Counted from the stretch's first letter, positions 14,071 to 28,509 are shown. The stretch is 64,000 bases of DNA from Prorocentrum cordatum (GCA_963575745.1 CAUYUJ010000265.1:1-64000); one strand, 5' to 3'. The notes: generated by a model from the letters alone, not told the origin. A program made the numbers and translations.

Positions 14071-16595
14071 TAGCCTGACGAAGGACCCAACCATGTGCAG
14101 GTGTGAATACCGCAGTTGACACTACCAATTTCGGTGGGGCTCCCTATAGGGCCAAGAAACGTGTGAAGGGGATGGGTGTGCGGGACGCATGCGGGCGGCA
14201 GCACTGGGGCCTTCGGTGGAGCTCCCTATGGGGCCACGAAACGTGTGAGGGAGTTGACGAAATTGGTGTGGCTGACGCATGCGGGCGCGGGCACTGGGGC
14301 CTTCGGTGGAGCTCCCTATGGGACCACGAAACGTTTGAGGGGTGTGCCGAAATGGGTGTGGCTGACGCATGCGGGCGCGGGCACTGGGGCCTTCGGTGGA
14401 GCTCCCTATGGGGCCACGAAACGTGTGAGGAGTGTGACGAAATGGGTGTGGTTGACGCATGCGGGCGCGGGCACTGGGGCCTTCGGTGGAGCTCCCGATG
14501 GAACCACGAAACGTGTGAGGGGTGTGCCGAAATGGGTGTGGCTGACGCATGCGGGCGCGGGCACTGGGGCCTTCGGTGGAGCTCCCTATGGAGCCACGAA
14601 ACGGGTGAGGGGTGTGCCGAAATGGGTGTGGGTGACGCATGCGGGCGCGGGCACTGGGGCCTTCGGTGGAGCTCCCTATGGAGCCACGAAACGTGTGAGG
14701 GGTGTGCCGAAATGGGTGTGGGTGACGCATGCGGGCGCGGGCACTGGGGCCTTCGGTGGAGCTCCCCATGGAGCCACGAAACGTGTGAGGGGTGTGCCGA
14801 AATGGGTGTGGGTGACGCATGCGGGCGCGGGCACTGGGGCCTTCGGCGGAGCTCCCTATGGAGCCACGAAAAGTGTGAGGGGTGTGCCGAAATGGGTGTG
14901 GGTGACGCATGCGGGCGCGGGCACTGGGGCCTTCGGAGGAGCTCCCTATGGAGCCACGAAGCGTGTGAGGGGTGTGCCGAAAGGGGTGTGGGTGACGCAT
15001 GCGGGCGCGGGCACTGGGGCTTCACGCGACCGTTCTATGGAGCCACGAAAAAACGTGAGGGGGGGTGCAGAATTGTGTGTGGCTGGAATGACGCATGCGG
15101 GGCGCGGGCACTGGAGGGCCTTCGGTGGAGCTCCCTATGGTTTGCACCGGGGGGGAAACGGTGAGGGGTTTGGCCGAATTGGGTGTGGCTGACGCATGCG
15201 GGCGGCAGCACTGGGGCATTCGGTGGAGCTCCCTATGGGGCCACGAAACGCGTGAGGGGTGTGCAGAATTGGATGTGGCTGACGCATGCGGGCGGCAGCG
15301 GTGGGGCCTTCGGTGGAGCTCCCTATGGGGCCACGAAACGTGTGAGGGGTGTGCCGAATTGGGTGTGGCTGGCGCATGCGGGCGGCAGCACTGGGGCCTT
15401 CGGTGGAGCTCCCTATGGGGCCACGAAACGTGACGATGATTTGCCGAAATGGGTGTGGCTTACGCATGCGGGCGCGGGCACTGGGGCCTTCGGTGGAGCT
15501 CCCTATGGAGCCACGAAACGTGTGAGGGGTGTGCCGAAATGGGTGTGGCTGACGCATGCGGGAGCGGGCACTGGGGCCTTCGGTGGAGCTCCCTATGGAG
15601 CAACGAAACGTGTGAGGGGTATGCCGAAATTGGTGTGGGTGACGCATGCGGGCGCGGGCACTGGGGCCTTCGGTGGAGCTCCCTATGGAGCCACGAAACG
15701 TGTGAGGGGTGTGCCGAAATGGGTGTGGGTGACGCATGCGGCCGCGGGCACTGGGGCCTTCGGTGGGGCTCCCTATGGAGCCACGAAACGTGTGAGGGGT
15801 GTGCCGAAATGGGTGTGGGTGACGCATGCGGGCGCGGGCACTGGGGCCTTCGGTGGAGCTCCCTATGGAGCCACGAAACGTGTGAGGGGTGTGCCGAAAT
15901 GTGTGTGGGTGACGCATGCGGGCGCGGGCACTGGGGCCTTCGGTGGAGCTCCCTATGGAGCCACGAAACGTGCGAGGGGTGTGCCGAAAATGGGTGTGGG
16001 TGACGCATGCGGGGCGGGGGGGGGCACTGGGGCCTCGGTGGAGGCTCCCGAGCTCCCTTATGGAGCAACGAAAAACGTGTGAGGTGTGTGCGAATTAGGT
16101 GTGTGGGTGACGCATGCGGGGCTAGGGCACTGGGGCATTCGTTGACGATACCATAAACACGTATATCTAGTATACTTTCGTGTTCATTATAATGGGCCAC
16201 GAAAACGTGTGAGGGATGTCCGAATTGGGTGGGGTGACGCATGCGGGCGCGGGCGGCACTGGGGTTCGGTGGAGCTCTTCTATGGGAGCCACGAAAACGT
16301 CGTGGCTGGTGTGAGGGGCACATGTGCCGAATTGGGTGTGGGTGACGCATGCGGGGGCGGCCACTGGGGCCTTCGGTGGAGCTCCCTATGGAGCCACGAA
16401 ACGGTGTACTGGGTGGGTGAAGAGGAAAGGAGGAGAGGAGGGGAGGAGAGGAGGAGAGGAGAGGAGAGGAGAGGAGAGGAGAGGAGAGGAGAGGAGAGGA
16501 GAGGAGAGGAGAGGAGAGGAGAGGAGAGGAGAGGAGAGGAACGCGGGCCACCGTCTCTTCAAAACGAGGACCCAACACCACAGGATGGTTGGGGG
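14071..16595 (+). mobile_element. Array-carrying element, copy 2 (about 25 x 90-bp units, then (GAGGA)n, then hairpin end)
   Basis: Leader TAGCCTGACGAAGGACCCAACCA. End TCTCTTCAAAACGAGGACCCAACACCACAGGATGGTTGGG. Confidence 0.8.
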
Positions 16596-16676
16596 GAGAA
16601 AAAAAACAACAACAAAAAACAAAACAAAAAAAAAACAAAAAAACAAAAAAAAAAAAAAAAGGAAAAACAAAAAAAA

Positions 16677-16762
<86 letters not shown>

Positions 16763-18968
16763 ACGGCCCGCCCTCCGTCCGTGGAGCTGCTGCGAATTGC
16801 AAGCTCCGGGATCCCGGGATCGCAAGTGCTGGGGGACCCCCCGACGCAACGCCAGGCCCGCCCCACCGACACGCCTGGGAGTGCGAGAGGAGCTATCTGT
16901 GAGGACTAGGACCACGCGCGCCTCGCGCGCGCTCAGGTTCTAGCCCAGCCAAGGGCGCTGTGATGACACAAAGGTGAGGGTTTGCGGGCGACTCGCTGTC
17001 GGAAAGGACTGTGACCGTCTTGGGCCAGTTATGGGATGTTGCAGAGCTTCCATGGACTGGCGTTTGGGCTGTTAGGTACTGTCTTGGGGGGGGGGGGGGG
17101 GGCAGGTGTCTTTGGCCTCAACGGCGCCACCCAGGGTTGCCAGATAGTTGTCACCACACGCAAGTCTTGGCTTGCGGTTCGTCGGGGAGATCGCTGAACC
17201 GCCTTGGGGCATTGACTGGCTTTATGATGGAATGTCGAGGCCGTAGTTTGCTGGTCTTTGGGTGTTGTCACATTTTCTTGGCCTGTCTGGCCGAGCACGT
17301 GCGGGAGGGGCGAGGAACGACGGAGGACGAAAACCTGCCTTGAAAGAGAATACACGCGATGCCACTCCAACTGGTGGAGCACGTGCAGAAGGAACCAGGA
17401 ACGCCAGAGGAAGGAGGGCAAACTGACTTGAGATATATATATATATATATGTGTATGTATATATATATATACATATATATATATATTACACGCGCTCTGT
17501 CACGTCGGGTGGCGGAACACTGGAAGGAAGATCGAGGAAAGACGGAGGAAGGAGGGAACACAGCCTGATTATTGAGTGCATGCGCTGTCACGCCAGCTGG
17601 CGGAGCACGTACAGGACGAAGGAGGGTAGCGGAGTACGGAGAGAAAGCTGCCTTGAAACAGCCTGCACGCGCTGTCCCGCCGGCTGGCGGAGCACGCGCG
17701 AGAGGGACGAGTAAAGACAGAGACACGAGGCAGAAGGATAGAATTATGGTTTCGGAGAGGGACGAGTAAAGACAGAGACACGAGGCAGAAGGATAGAATT
17801 ATGGTTTCGGAGCCCCGTTCGGGGCCTCTTGGGGCTCCTGTGGGCTTCCCGGAGGCCATCTGGGGTCTCTTGGGGGCCTCTTTGTGCACTCTTTTGGGCC
17901 TCTGGGGGGTCTCTTGGGGCCTGTCCTGATGGGCGCCTGTTGGCGGCCTCGGGGGCCACCTGCGAGCAGAGGGCTCCAAATTCCAGCTCGGGCTCCCCTT
18001 CTTGGGCCCATCTTGGGGCCCTCTTGGGCCGTCTTTGGTGCTTCTTGGTCCTTTTGAAGGCCCTCCTGGGCCGTCCTGGGGCACTCTTGAAAGCCTCTTG
18101 GGCAATCTCGGGGCGATTTTGGAGACCTCTGGGGTCGTTTTTGAGCGTGTTGACACCAAAAATGCGCACTGAGTCAAAAAATGCAATTTCCTCAGGGGAT
18201 GGCCGATGTTTGTTTCTCGGGGTCCTCTTGCATGTCCTCTTGGTCGGTCTTGGAGCGTCGTGGACGCCTCCCTTCTGGAGCCGCCTCGACGGCGGTCTGG
18301 GGCGCCTCCTGAGCCGTCCGGAAGCATTGAGAGGCCGAAAAAGATTGAACGCGCAAATCTATCAAAACCTTAAGGGAATAATTGAAATTGGCCTTTCAAA
18401 GCACTCGTCGGGGACACCTTTGAAAATTTTGGGCCGTCTAAGATCCCTGGAGGCCGTCTTCGGGGCAGCTCGGGGCAATCTGGGGCCGTCGGGGTGGCTG
18501 TCTGATCGCTCTGGGACCTGTCTGGCGGCCCCCCAACGGCGGGCCTGGCCCCGAAGACCCCCGGAAAAAGTCGGGAACCCGCCTGGACAGAAAAGTGGTC
18601 TTGAGAGAAGTTTTGAAAAAGAGGGCTGGCCTTGGGTTTGGGGTCTCAGGGGGCCCGCCTCTTGGGGCGTCCTGGCGACGTGTTGGCAGTCCTTGGGACC
18701 GTTTCGGGCTGTGTCGGAACGCTCTTGGGGTCCTTCGAGGCGCGTGCTGGAGGCCTCCTGAGCCGTCTGAAGCCTGGAAGCTGTCTGGTGCGCTCGTTTG
18801 ACGCCCTGGGGCCGTTTCGGAACTCCGGGGGCCGCCCGGGGAGCCCCCGGGGAGAGCGGAGGCCGCTCTGTACAACCGGGCCCCCCCTCTGGTGCCCGGT
18901 CGCAGGGACATCCCTGGTAAGTAGATACGTACATTTGCCGATACGTGCACGCAGTATACGTATACACG

Positions 18969-18999
<31 letters not shown>

Positions 19000-20137
19000 G
19001 TCTATATATATATATATATATACAAGTGGCACGTGTGTGCCCAGGCTCATACAAAAAACTGAAGGGGCGTTTGAAGCAGGAGTGAAATGCAACATCGAAG
19101 TCGCACTCGAGCGCAAGTGGGGTTGACACACCTTGCGATGTGTGTACCAGGACCCCCCAGGAAGCCTCAGGAGGCCCGACTTGGATACCAGAAGAGGCTC
19201 CAGGAGGCCCCAGGATTGTGAGTGTTGTGCGTGTGTGTGTGTGATGTATGCTTTGTGTGGTGCGTGCTTTTTGTGTGTTTTAGGTGTTGTGTGTGTTATG
19301 TTTGTCTAGCGTGTGATGTGTTGGGCGTGATTTGTGTCTCTGTGTGCATGTAGTTCTGAAGCCCCAGGAGGCCCCAGGAAGCCCCAGGCGGCCTCAGGAG
19401 GCCCCAGGAGACCCCAGGAGGCTTCAGGAGGCCCCAAGAGGCTCAGGAGGCCGCAGGAGGCCCCAGGAGGCCCCAGGAGGTTTCAGGAGACCCCCAGGAG
19501 GCTCCGAGGCGGGGTCTGGGGTGCCAGAAGGTTCAGAAAGCTCCAGGAGGCCCCAGGAGGTTCCAGGATGCCCCCAGGAGGCTCCGAGGCGGGGTCTGGG
19601 GCTCGATTTTGGAAGGATTTTTCAAGCGAAACCGCCATTCCCTGAGAATCGGGGTCACAATTATTTGAATTACCATGTGTTTTTGAAGGTTTTATGTTAA
19701 ACTGTTGAAATTCCCATGTGTTTTTGGACCCTGACGTCACGATCTGCGTGAGGGGTGTCACCGATTTTCAGAGTTTCGAGGATGTCCCAAGCGAAACGCC
19801 CAGAAAAATCTCGGACGCGTGCGCATTAATCGCCTCTGAGGTCTACTCCCTCGGAGAGGTGCGTATGATAATATATGTATACATATATACATGTGTACAC
19901 ATACATCCATACCTACCTACCTACCTACCTACCTACCTACCTACCTACATACATACATGCATGCATGCATACATAAATACATACATGCATGCATGCATGC
20001 ATGCATGCATGCACATCTACATACATTTATGCATACATGCATACATGCATACATGCATACATGCGTACATGCATACATGCATACCTACCTACCTACCGAC
20101 CTACCTACCTACCTACCTACCTACCTACCTACCTACG

Positions 20138-20177
<40 letters not shown>

Positions 20178-20389
20178 TGCATGCATGCATGCATGCATAC
20201 ATACGCACGTACGTACGTACATGCATGCATGCATGCATGCATGCATGCATACATGCATACATACTTACATACATGCGTACAAACATGCATGCATACATGC
20301 ATAAACATATCAGAGTGACGGGGCCGAACCGTCATTCGTTGTCCCTGGGTGCGTGGCTGAAATGAGAATCCGTGGTGAAGGTTCTGCTT

Positions 20390-21927
20390 GTTGCGTTGCT
20401 GTTGTTGCTGTTGTTGTTGTTGTTGTCCCTCCCGCGACCCACCCGCGACCCACCCGCGACCCACCCCACGACCCACCCCGCGACCAACCCCGCGACCCAC
20501 CCCGCGACCCACCCCGCGACCCAACCCGCGATCCACCCACGACCCAACCCCGCGACCCACCCCGCGACCCGCCCGCGACCCAGCCGAGACCCGCCAGCGA
20601 CCCACCCGCGACCCACCCCGCGTTCCACCCGATACCCACCCGCGACCCACCGCGACCACCCGCAACCCACCCTGCGACCACCCGATACCCACCCGCGACC
20701 CACCCGCGACCCACCCGCGACCCACCGCGACCCACCCGCGACCCACCCCGCGACCCACCCGCGACCCATCCGCGACCCACCCGCGACCGATCTACATTTG
20801 TTTGAAGAAAAAATCGGCGCCTGCGGCGGGCTCGTTGTATAAGTTGTGAACTTTGGCGCCTGCAGCGGGCTTCTCCAGAGTCTCGCAGACTGCCGACGTC
20901 CCCATCGCCTCCCCACTCTTATCCGCATCTGCTGAATGCCACGTACATAAATACATACATTTAGACATGCATACTGCACTTACATATGTGCATATGGATG
21001 TACGTATGTGAATGTGTGTATGTGTGTATGTATTCATGTATTCATGTATTCATGTATGTATGTATGTATGTATGTATGCATGCATGTATGTATGTGTGTA
21101 TGTATGTATGTATTACTGTATGCATGTATGTGTATGCATGTATGTGTGTGCATGTGTGTATGTATGCATGTATGTATGCACGCAAACATGCATGTATGTA
21201 TGCATGCGCGTACGTATGCATACACGTGCATACGTACAAACCAATAGACACACATACGAATTTCAGCACCCCGCAGCTAATGAGGGGGGCGCTCGTAGGG
21301 CGGGTCGCGGGTGGGTCGCAGGCGAGTAGCGGGTGGGTCGCAGGTGGGTCGCGGGTGGGTCGCGGGGTGGGTCGCTGGTGGGTTGCAGGCGGGTCGCGGG
21401 TGGGTCGCGGGTGGGTCGCGGGTGGGTCGCGGGTTAGTCGCGCGTGGGTCGCTGGCGGGTCGCGGGTGAGTCGTGGGTGGGTCGCAAATGGGCGGCGGGT
21501 GGGTTGCGAGGTGGGTTGCGGGTGGGTCGCGGGTGGGTCGCGGATTGGTCGCGGGGCGGGTCCCCGGTCGGCCGCCGGTGGGTTGCGGGAGGGTCGCGGG
21601 ATGGGTCGCGCGTGGGTCGCGGGTGGGTCGCGGGTGGGTCGCGGATGGGTTCCGGGCGGGTCGCGGGAAGGTCGCGGGTGGATCGCGGGTGGGTCCCAGG
21701 TGGGTCGCGGGTGGGTCGCGCGTGGGTCGCTGGCGGGTCGCGGGTGGGTCGCTGGCGGGTCTCGGCTGGGTCGCGGGCGGGTCGCGGGGTGGGTCGCGGG
21801 CGGGTCGCGGGTGGGTCGCGGGTGGGTCGCGGGGTGGGTCTCTGGAGTGTCGCGGGTGGGTCGCGGGTGGGCCCCGGGAGGGTCGCGAGCGGGTCGCGCG
21901 TCGGATGGCGGGCGGGACGACAACAAC

Positions 21928-21983
<56 letters not shown>
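20390..21983. repeat. Inverted pair of (CCCGCGACCCA)n / (TGGGTCGCGGG)n arrays with outer (TTG)n / (CAA)n
   Basis: Arrays at 20430-20790 and 21300-21900 are reverse complements of each other. Confidence 0.8.
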
Positions 21984-21985
<2 letters not shown>

Positions 21986-21997
21986 TACTAGCACGTG

Positions 21998-23678
21998 GGG
22001 ACACTCCGTTCTCACCAGTGCCAGGGTTTTCATACGACGCCCGCCAATACCCCCACTTTGTGGGGGGGCCGGTTCAAGCTCTACCACATTTCCAAACGAC
22101 TCTTCGCCACCACCCACACCCAGCTTCCCGCCCTATGACGTTCGGACACGTCACTTCGTGGCCTGCGGACGACCGTGGCTACTACACTGGCGCATGGGTA
22201 CAGTGACTTGTGTGACTACGGGTAGAAATTTTGAAAATTCGTACAGATGTTTTTCGAGGACCTACGGTGCGATTCGTATGATTTTATGTTGCGCGGTGCT
22301 AAAATTCCCAAGAAACCCAATGGTTTTTGAAGATTTCGGCGTGCGCGCGCGAAGAAAAAACGAATGTGTCCCGCATGGTATTATTTGACAGGGATGATGG
22401 CCCTGGCAGGTGCGCAACCGTTGTCGCAGAAGTTCGAAAAAGTTGCTCGCAAAAGCCCGTTTGACAGAAATGTTTAAAAGTGTTGGGTTTCCTACGAATC
22501 CGCAAGAGCGCGCGGGATGAAATTTTGACAATTTTTGTTTGAAAAACCATTGGTTTTTTGATGTTTGTATGTTAAAATCGCTACGAAAACTAAGGTTTTG
22601 GAAGGATTTCGTCTTGCGCGCGCGAATGTCCACTTTACCTTATTTTTTGCAAGGGATTCTTGAAGTTTGGTTATGTTAGAACAAGAAATGTCCATTTTAG
22701 CTTATTTTTTGCAAGGGAAAACCGATCGTAACAACTCACCGGATCCGGACTCCCCGTTTTGCCTGAGACTTTCCTCACGAAAATGATGAAAAAATGAGGC
22801 TGCGGGCCTAGGCGCGGCGGGGGGGTTCGTGCACCAGGGCCCCAACAATAAATTATTCTTTAGAAGTATAATGTTCAACAACAACAACAACACAACAACA
22901 ACAACAACAACAACAATCATTTAAGACTGGGGACACTCCGTTCTCACCAGTGCCAGGGTTTTCATAGGAGGCGGGCAATACCCCCACTTTGTGGGGGGGC
23001 CGGTTCAAGCTCTACCAAATTTCCAACGACTCTTCGCCACCACCCACACCCAGCTTCCCGCCCTATGACGTTCGGACACTTCACTTCGTGGCATGCGGAC
23101 GACCGTGGCTACTATTCAGGGCCCCGCGGCCGACGACGACGGCGTGCGCGCGCGAAGAAAAAACGAATGTGTCCCGCATGGTATTATTTGACAGGGATGA
23201 TGGCCCTGGCAGGTGCGCAACCGTTGTTGCAGAAGTTCGAAAAAGTTGCTCGCAAAAGCCCGTTTGACAGAAATGTTTAAAAAGTGTTGGGTTTCCTACA
23301 AATCCGCAAGAGCGCGCGGGATGAAATTTTGACAATTTTTGTTTGAAAAACCATTGGTTTTTTGATGTTGTTATGTTAAAATCGCTACGAACACTAAGGT
23401 TTTGGAAGGATTTCGTCTTGCGCGCGCGAATGTCCACTTTACCTTATTTTTTTGCAAGGGATTCTTGAAGTTTGGTTATGTTAGAACAAGAAATGTCCAC
23501 TTTAGCTTATTTTTTGCAAGGGAAAACCGATCGTAACAACACAACCGGATCTGGTACACATCGTTTTGCCTGAGACTTCCTCACGAAAATTATGAAAATG
23601 AGGCTGCGGCCTAGGCGCGGCGGGGGGGCCATGCACCAGGGGCCCCAACAATAATTATTCTTTAGAAGAATAATGTTC

Positions 23679-23742
<64 letters not shown>

Positions 23743-23766
23743 GCAGCAGCAACAACAACAACAACA
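21998..23766 (+). repeat. Two tandem copies of dispersed repeat module A (about 0.85-0.95 kb), each ending in (CAA)n
   Basis: Start GTTCTCACCAGTGCCAGGG; end CCCAACAATAATTATTCTTTAGAA..TTC(AAC)n. Further copies at 26257-27297 and 33437-34443. Confidence 0.85.
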
Positions 23767-23767
23767 A

Positions 23768-25322
23768 TCATTTAAGACTGTTCGCCCTTATCTGCTCGAG
23801 TGTCGAATAACGCGAATTTCCCAAACCCTCGATACCCGCCCTTTTCGTCTTCGATCGAACCCCTTTTGGGGGGTATACCTTTCTTCCCTGCAGGCCGGGC
23901 CCCGGCAAGCGGCGGGGCGGCCGCGGACCGTCGGCCTGGCCAGCGGCAGCGCTGATCGGCGGGGCGGCCGCGGACCGTCGACCCGACCCCAAGAGGGACG
24001 GACAGGGGACCGACCACGACGACGACGACGACGACGTCGACGACGACGGCAACGACGGCGACGGCGACGACGACGACGAGCGAAAGCGAGAGCGAGAGAG
24101 AACGACAGCAGGGCCACGAAGGACACGAAGTAGGCCACGAAGGGCGACAGCGGGGACACGAAGGGAATGCGTATGGGGCCACGAAGAGCGCGAACGGACG
24201 TGTGGGCCACGAAGGGCAGATAATGCGGGGCCACAGAAGGCAACGATGGGGCCACTGAGGGTAGCACCTGGGCCACGTAGGACAATGAGAGGGCCACAAA
24301 CGGCGACAGCGGGGCCACGAAGGGCATGCACATGGGGCCACAACGGGCGCGAACGAGCGGGGGCCACGAAGGGCATACGTATGTTGGGCCGCGGAGGGTA
24401 CGGACGGGGCCACTGAGGGCAGCAACGGGGACACGAAGGGCAGTGAGGGGGCCACGAAGGGCGACAGCGGGGCCACGAAGGGCATGCATATGGGGCCATC
24501 ACGGGCGCGAACGAGCGGGGGCCACGAAGGGCATACATATATGGGGCCACGAAACAAAGCGAGGGGGCCACGAAGGGCAGCGAGGGGGCCACGAAGGGCT
24601 GCAACGGGGCCACGAAGGGCTGCAACGGGGCCACGAAGGGCAGCGAGGGGGCCACGAAAGGCTGCAACGGGGCCACGAAACAAAGCGAGGGGGCCACGAA
24701 GGGCTGCAACGGGGCCACGAAGGGCAGCGAGGGGGCCACGAGGGGCTGCAACGGGGCCACGAAACAAAGCGAGGGGGCCACGAAGGGCTGCAACGGGGCC
24801 ACGAAACAAAGCGAGGGAGCCACGAAGGGCTGCGAGATCCCGATTCCTAGGTAATCTGTGAAGGAGTCCTAAGCGTGAGCGCGACTCATGGGTGCCTGGG
24901 TGTCGGGAGCGCGGCGCTGGAGTAAATTGCAAGAAACTCCAACGCAAGGGCGCTATTCTTCGGTAAATTGCAAGCAAGTCTCCAGCGAGAGCGCGACTCC
25001 AGAGCGCAGCAGGAGCGATTCCTGAATCATCGTAAGGAAGTCCCAAGCGAGAGCGCGATTCTTGAAGAAAATGCGAGGAAGTCTCGGGCGGGAGCGGGGG
25101 TCCTGGCTAAATTGTGGGGAAGTCTCAGGCGGGAACCGTTGTTGTTGTAACCCAGGGGCCAGGGGGCCAGTTTGAGCAGGAAGACTTTCCTTGACAAAAA
25201 ACAAGGTGCGAGCCCCGGGGGAGGCACTTCAATTGAAAAAATCAATGTGCACTGGTGGGGGGGGGTCAACAATAATTATTCTTTAAGAATGAGAATTCAA
25301 CGCCAACAACAACAACAAAACA

Positions 25323-25419
<97 letters not shown>

Positions 25420-25472
25420 AAAAACAAGAACAAGAACAAGAACAACAATAACAGCAACAACAACAACAACAA
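23768..25472 (+). repeat. Dispersed repeat module B with internal 21-bp GGGGCCACGAA array, ending in (CAA)n
   Basis: Homologous copies at 28690-29670 and (partial) 41195-42070. Confidence 0.85.
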
Positions 25473-26208
25473 CACTCATTTCAAAGACTGTTCGCTCTCA
25501 CTGGTACGCGTGTCTTGCAGTCCGTATACCCCAACCCTCGATACCCGCCCACTTCGTCTTCGATTGCACCCCCTTTCGGGGGGAAGATTTTCCTTGTCGG
25601 CCATTGACTGAAGTGCGAAGAAGTCTCGAGCGAGAGTGCCGTTCCCGAGTTCGGGGGCCTCTCTGGCCAGGGGCTCTCGGAATACATATGAAGAGCTATC
25701 GAACGGGAGTCCTTGTCGCCGTATCTGGGCCTCCACCAACTTGCCTGAATTACGGGAGAATTTCGAGCGAGAGTGCCGTTCCTGAGTTCGGGAGCCTTCT
25801 TGGCCAGGGCCTCTCGGAGTAAATCGTGAGGAAATATCGAGCAGGAGCCCTTGTCGTCGTGGCTGGGCCTCCGCCAACTTAATGGAATTGCGAGGAAGTC
25901 TCGAGCGAGAGCGCCGTTCCTGAGTTCGGGGGCCTCTTAGGGTGCCTCGGGGTAAATTGTGAGAAAATATCGAGCGGGAGCCGTCGTTGTCGTAGCTGGG
26001 CCTCCAAGGGCCCACATTGAGGCTCAAGCCAACGCTCGAGCGGGAGCCTCGTTTTCAGAGAAACTGCAGCCGGCGTCAAGGCGAGAGAGCGCGCGGAACC
26101 GTTTCCGGAGATCAACAATAATATGTATTTAGAAATGAATATTTAGCAACCACAACAACAACAGCAGCAGCACAAGCAGCAACAGCAGCAGTAACCACGA
26201 CGACGACC

Positions 26209-26249
<41 letters not shown>

Positions 26250-26256
26250 CACTTTA

Positions 26257-27297
26257 CCCGAACGCTCAGTGTTCTCACCAGTGCCAGGGTCTTCATGCGA
26301 CGCCAGCCAATACCCCCACTTTGTGGGGGGGCAGTGCAAGCTCTACCAAATATCCACACGACTCTTCGCCACCACCCACACCCAGCTTCCCGCCCTATGA
26401 CGTTCGGACACTTCACTTCGTGGCCTGCGGACGACCGTGGCTACTACACTGGCGTGGAGTACACACCCACAGAAGTTGTTAAGCCTACGTTCGTACACCC
26501 ACAGAAGTTGTTAAGCCTTGTTAACCCACAGAAGTTGTTAAGCCTTCCACAGAACATCTGTTGCATATGATGCATATGGTACATGATTCACATGATACAC
26601 ATGATACACATGATACACATGATACACATGATACACATGATACACATGATCGTGCGCAGTAGTAGGCTACGACGCCAATGGCCCTGGCAGGTGCGCAACC
26701 GTTGTCGCAGAAGTTCGAAAAAGTTGCTCGCAAAAGCCCGTTTGACAGAAATGTTTAAAAAGTGTTGGGTTTCCTACGAATCCGCAAGAGCGCGCGGGAT
26801 GAGATTTTGACAATTTTTTGTTGAAAAACCATTGGTTTTTTGATGTTTTTATGTTAAAATCGCTGCGAACACTAAGGTTTTGGAAGGATTTCGTCTTGCG
26901 CGCGCGAATGTCCATTTTACCTTATTTTTTGCAAGGGATTCTTGAAATTTGATTATATTAGAACAAGAAATGTCATTTTCTATTGTTTTTTTGCAAGGGA
27001 AAGCGGATTACAACAAAACAACCGGATCCTGTACACACCCTCTTTTCTGAGGCTTCCTCACGAAAATGATGAAAATGTAGCTGCGGCCTAGGCGGCGCAG
27101 GGGGGGCGCGCACCAGGGGGCCCAACAATAATTATTTTTTAGAATAAATAATGTTCAACAACAACCACAACCACAACCACAACCACAACCACAACCACAA
27201 CCACAACCACAACCACAACCACAACCACAACAACAAAAATAACAACAACCACAACAACAACAACGACGACAACAACAACAACGACAGCAACAATAAT
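26257..27297 (+). repeat. Module A copy with internal (CATGATACA)n and a triplicated CCACAGAA motif
   Basis: Near-identical to 33437-34330 outside 26470-26680. Confidence 0.8.
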
Positions 27298-28404
27298 CAG
27301 GTTACCCTCACGCGCGATGTTTCCACACGAAGCATGCGACCATCATCATAACCATCCCGATCATTTCGGACCATTGTTCTATAGCGGGCTCCGTCATTCC
27401 CATTCCCAGCTCTCCCGCCCAATGAGGTCTTGCAAACACCTCTGCCGAAGAATTTCAACATATCCCGCCTCGACAGCGCATGCCCGCGCATTGCTGCGCC
27501 GATGCAAGATCGCCAATGGAGCCCCTGCCAAGGGTAAAGCACTAGGAAGTATCGAGCGACAGGATTGCATTGGTGGAGATGGGGGCTGTCGGCGGCGAGG
27601 CAAGGACCTGGCCCTGAAAAGAAAGGGAGGAAGTGTCGAGCAGGGCCGCTGTTGTTGCTGGGAACGGCGCAAATATTCAAGAGAGTAGGGCGGTAGTCCA
27701 GCGAAAAAAAAACGAAACTTCGAGCGGGAACGCTGGTTTTGTTGGGACGGCGGCTGTCGGCGGCGAGGAGGAACACCGCCTTGGGCAAGAAGGAAGGAGG
27801 TCTCGAGCGGGAGCCGTGGTTTTGTCGGGACGGGGGATGTCGGCGGCGAGGAAGAGCACCTTCCTGAGGAGAAAAGGAGGACGCCTCGACCGGGAACTAT
27901 GTTCTTGCTGGGAGCGGCGCCACTTCAAAAGAGCAGGGCGCCAGTCCACCGTAAAACGGAAGGAAATCTCGAGCGGGAGCGCCGGTTTTGTCGGGACGGC
28001 GGTTTCGGCAGCGAGGAGGAGCACCGCCTTGAATTAAAAAGGGAGGAAATCTCGAGCGGGAGCGCTGTTGTTGCTGGGGGCGGCGCCAATGAGAGAAAGA
28101 GTAGCGCGCAAGTCCAAGGTAAAACGGAAGGAAATCTCGAGCGGTAGCGCTGGTTTTGTTGGGACGGCGGCTTTCGGCGGCGAGCAAAAGCACCGGTCCT
28201 GACCGAAAAAGGAAAAAGGATCGAGCGGGAGCGTTGTTGCAATTGGGGGCCCGTTTTGGCGCCACCCCAAACAGTTCGAGCGTGAGCCTCATTTTCAATG
28301 ACAGTGTAGCCGGCGCCGAGACGAGAGCGTCAAAGCGCCGGGGGGGTCCAACAATGATAACTGTTGAGTAATTAGCATTCGAGAACAACAACAACAACAT
28401 CATC

Positions 28405-28435
<31 letters not shown>

Positions 28436-28509
28436 GCATCATCATCATCAGCATCAGAATCATCATCATCATCGTCATCATCATCATCGAAAACAACAAG
28501 AACAAGATC

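Noticed and set aside
16598..16760. Poly(A) tail of a retroposed element
   Set aside because: Other copies of the element lack it and the adjacent array units are indel-riddled, so a low-quality consensus or degraded microsatellite is more likely.
6522..16872. Long repeat ORFs (GAFGGAPYGATKRVRGVP / WGLRWSSLWGHETCEG)
   Set aside because: A stop-poor 90-bp unit leaves several frames open on both strands, indels shift frames freely, and the arrays lie inside an intron.
17700..17809. Exact tandem duplication of about 54 bp as a functional site
   Set aside because: Isolated perfect duplication at a repeat boundary; may be local slippage or an assembly artefact.
23768..25046. VAPSLPF/VAPLQPF heptad-repeat protein
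   Set aside because: Translation of the 21-bp DNA repeat in a dispersed element; open in multiple frames.
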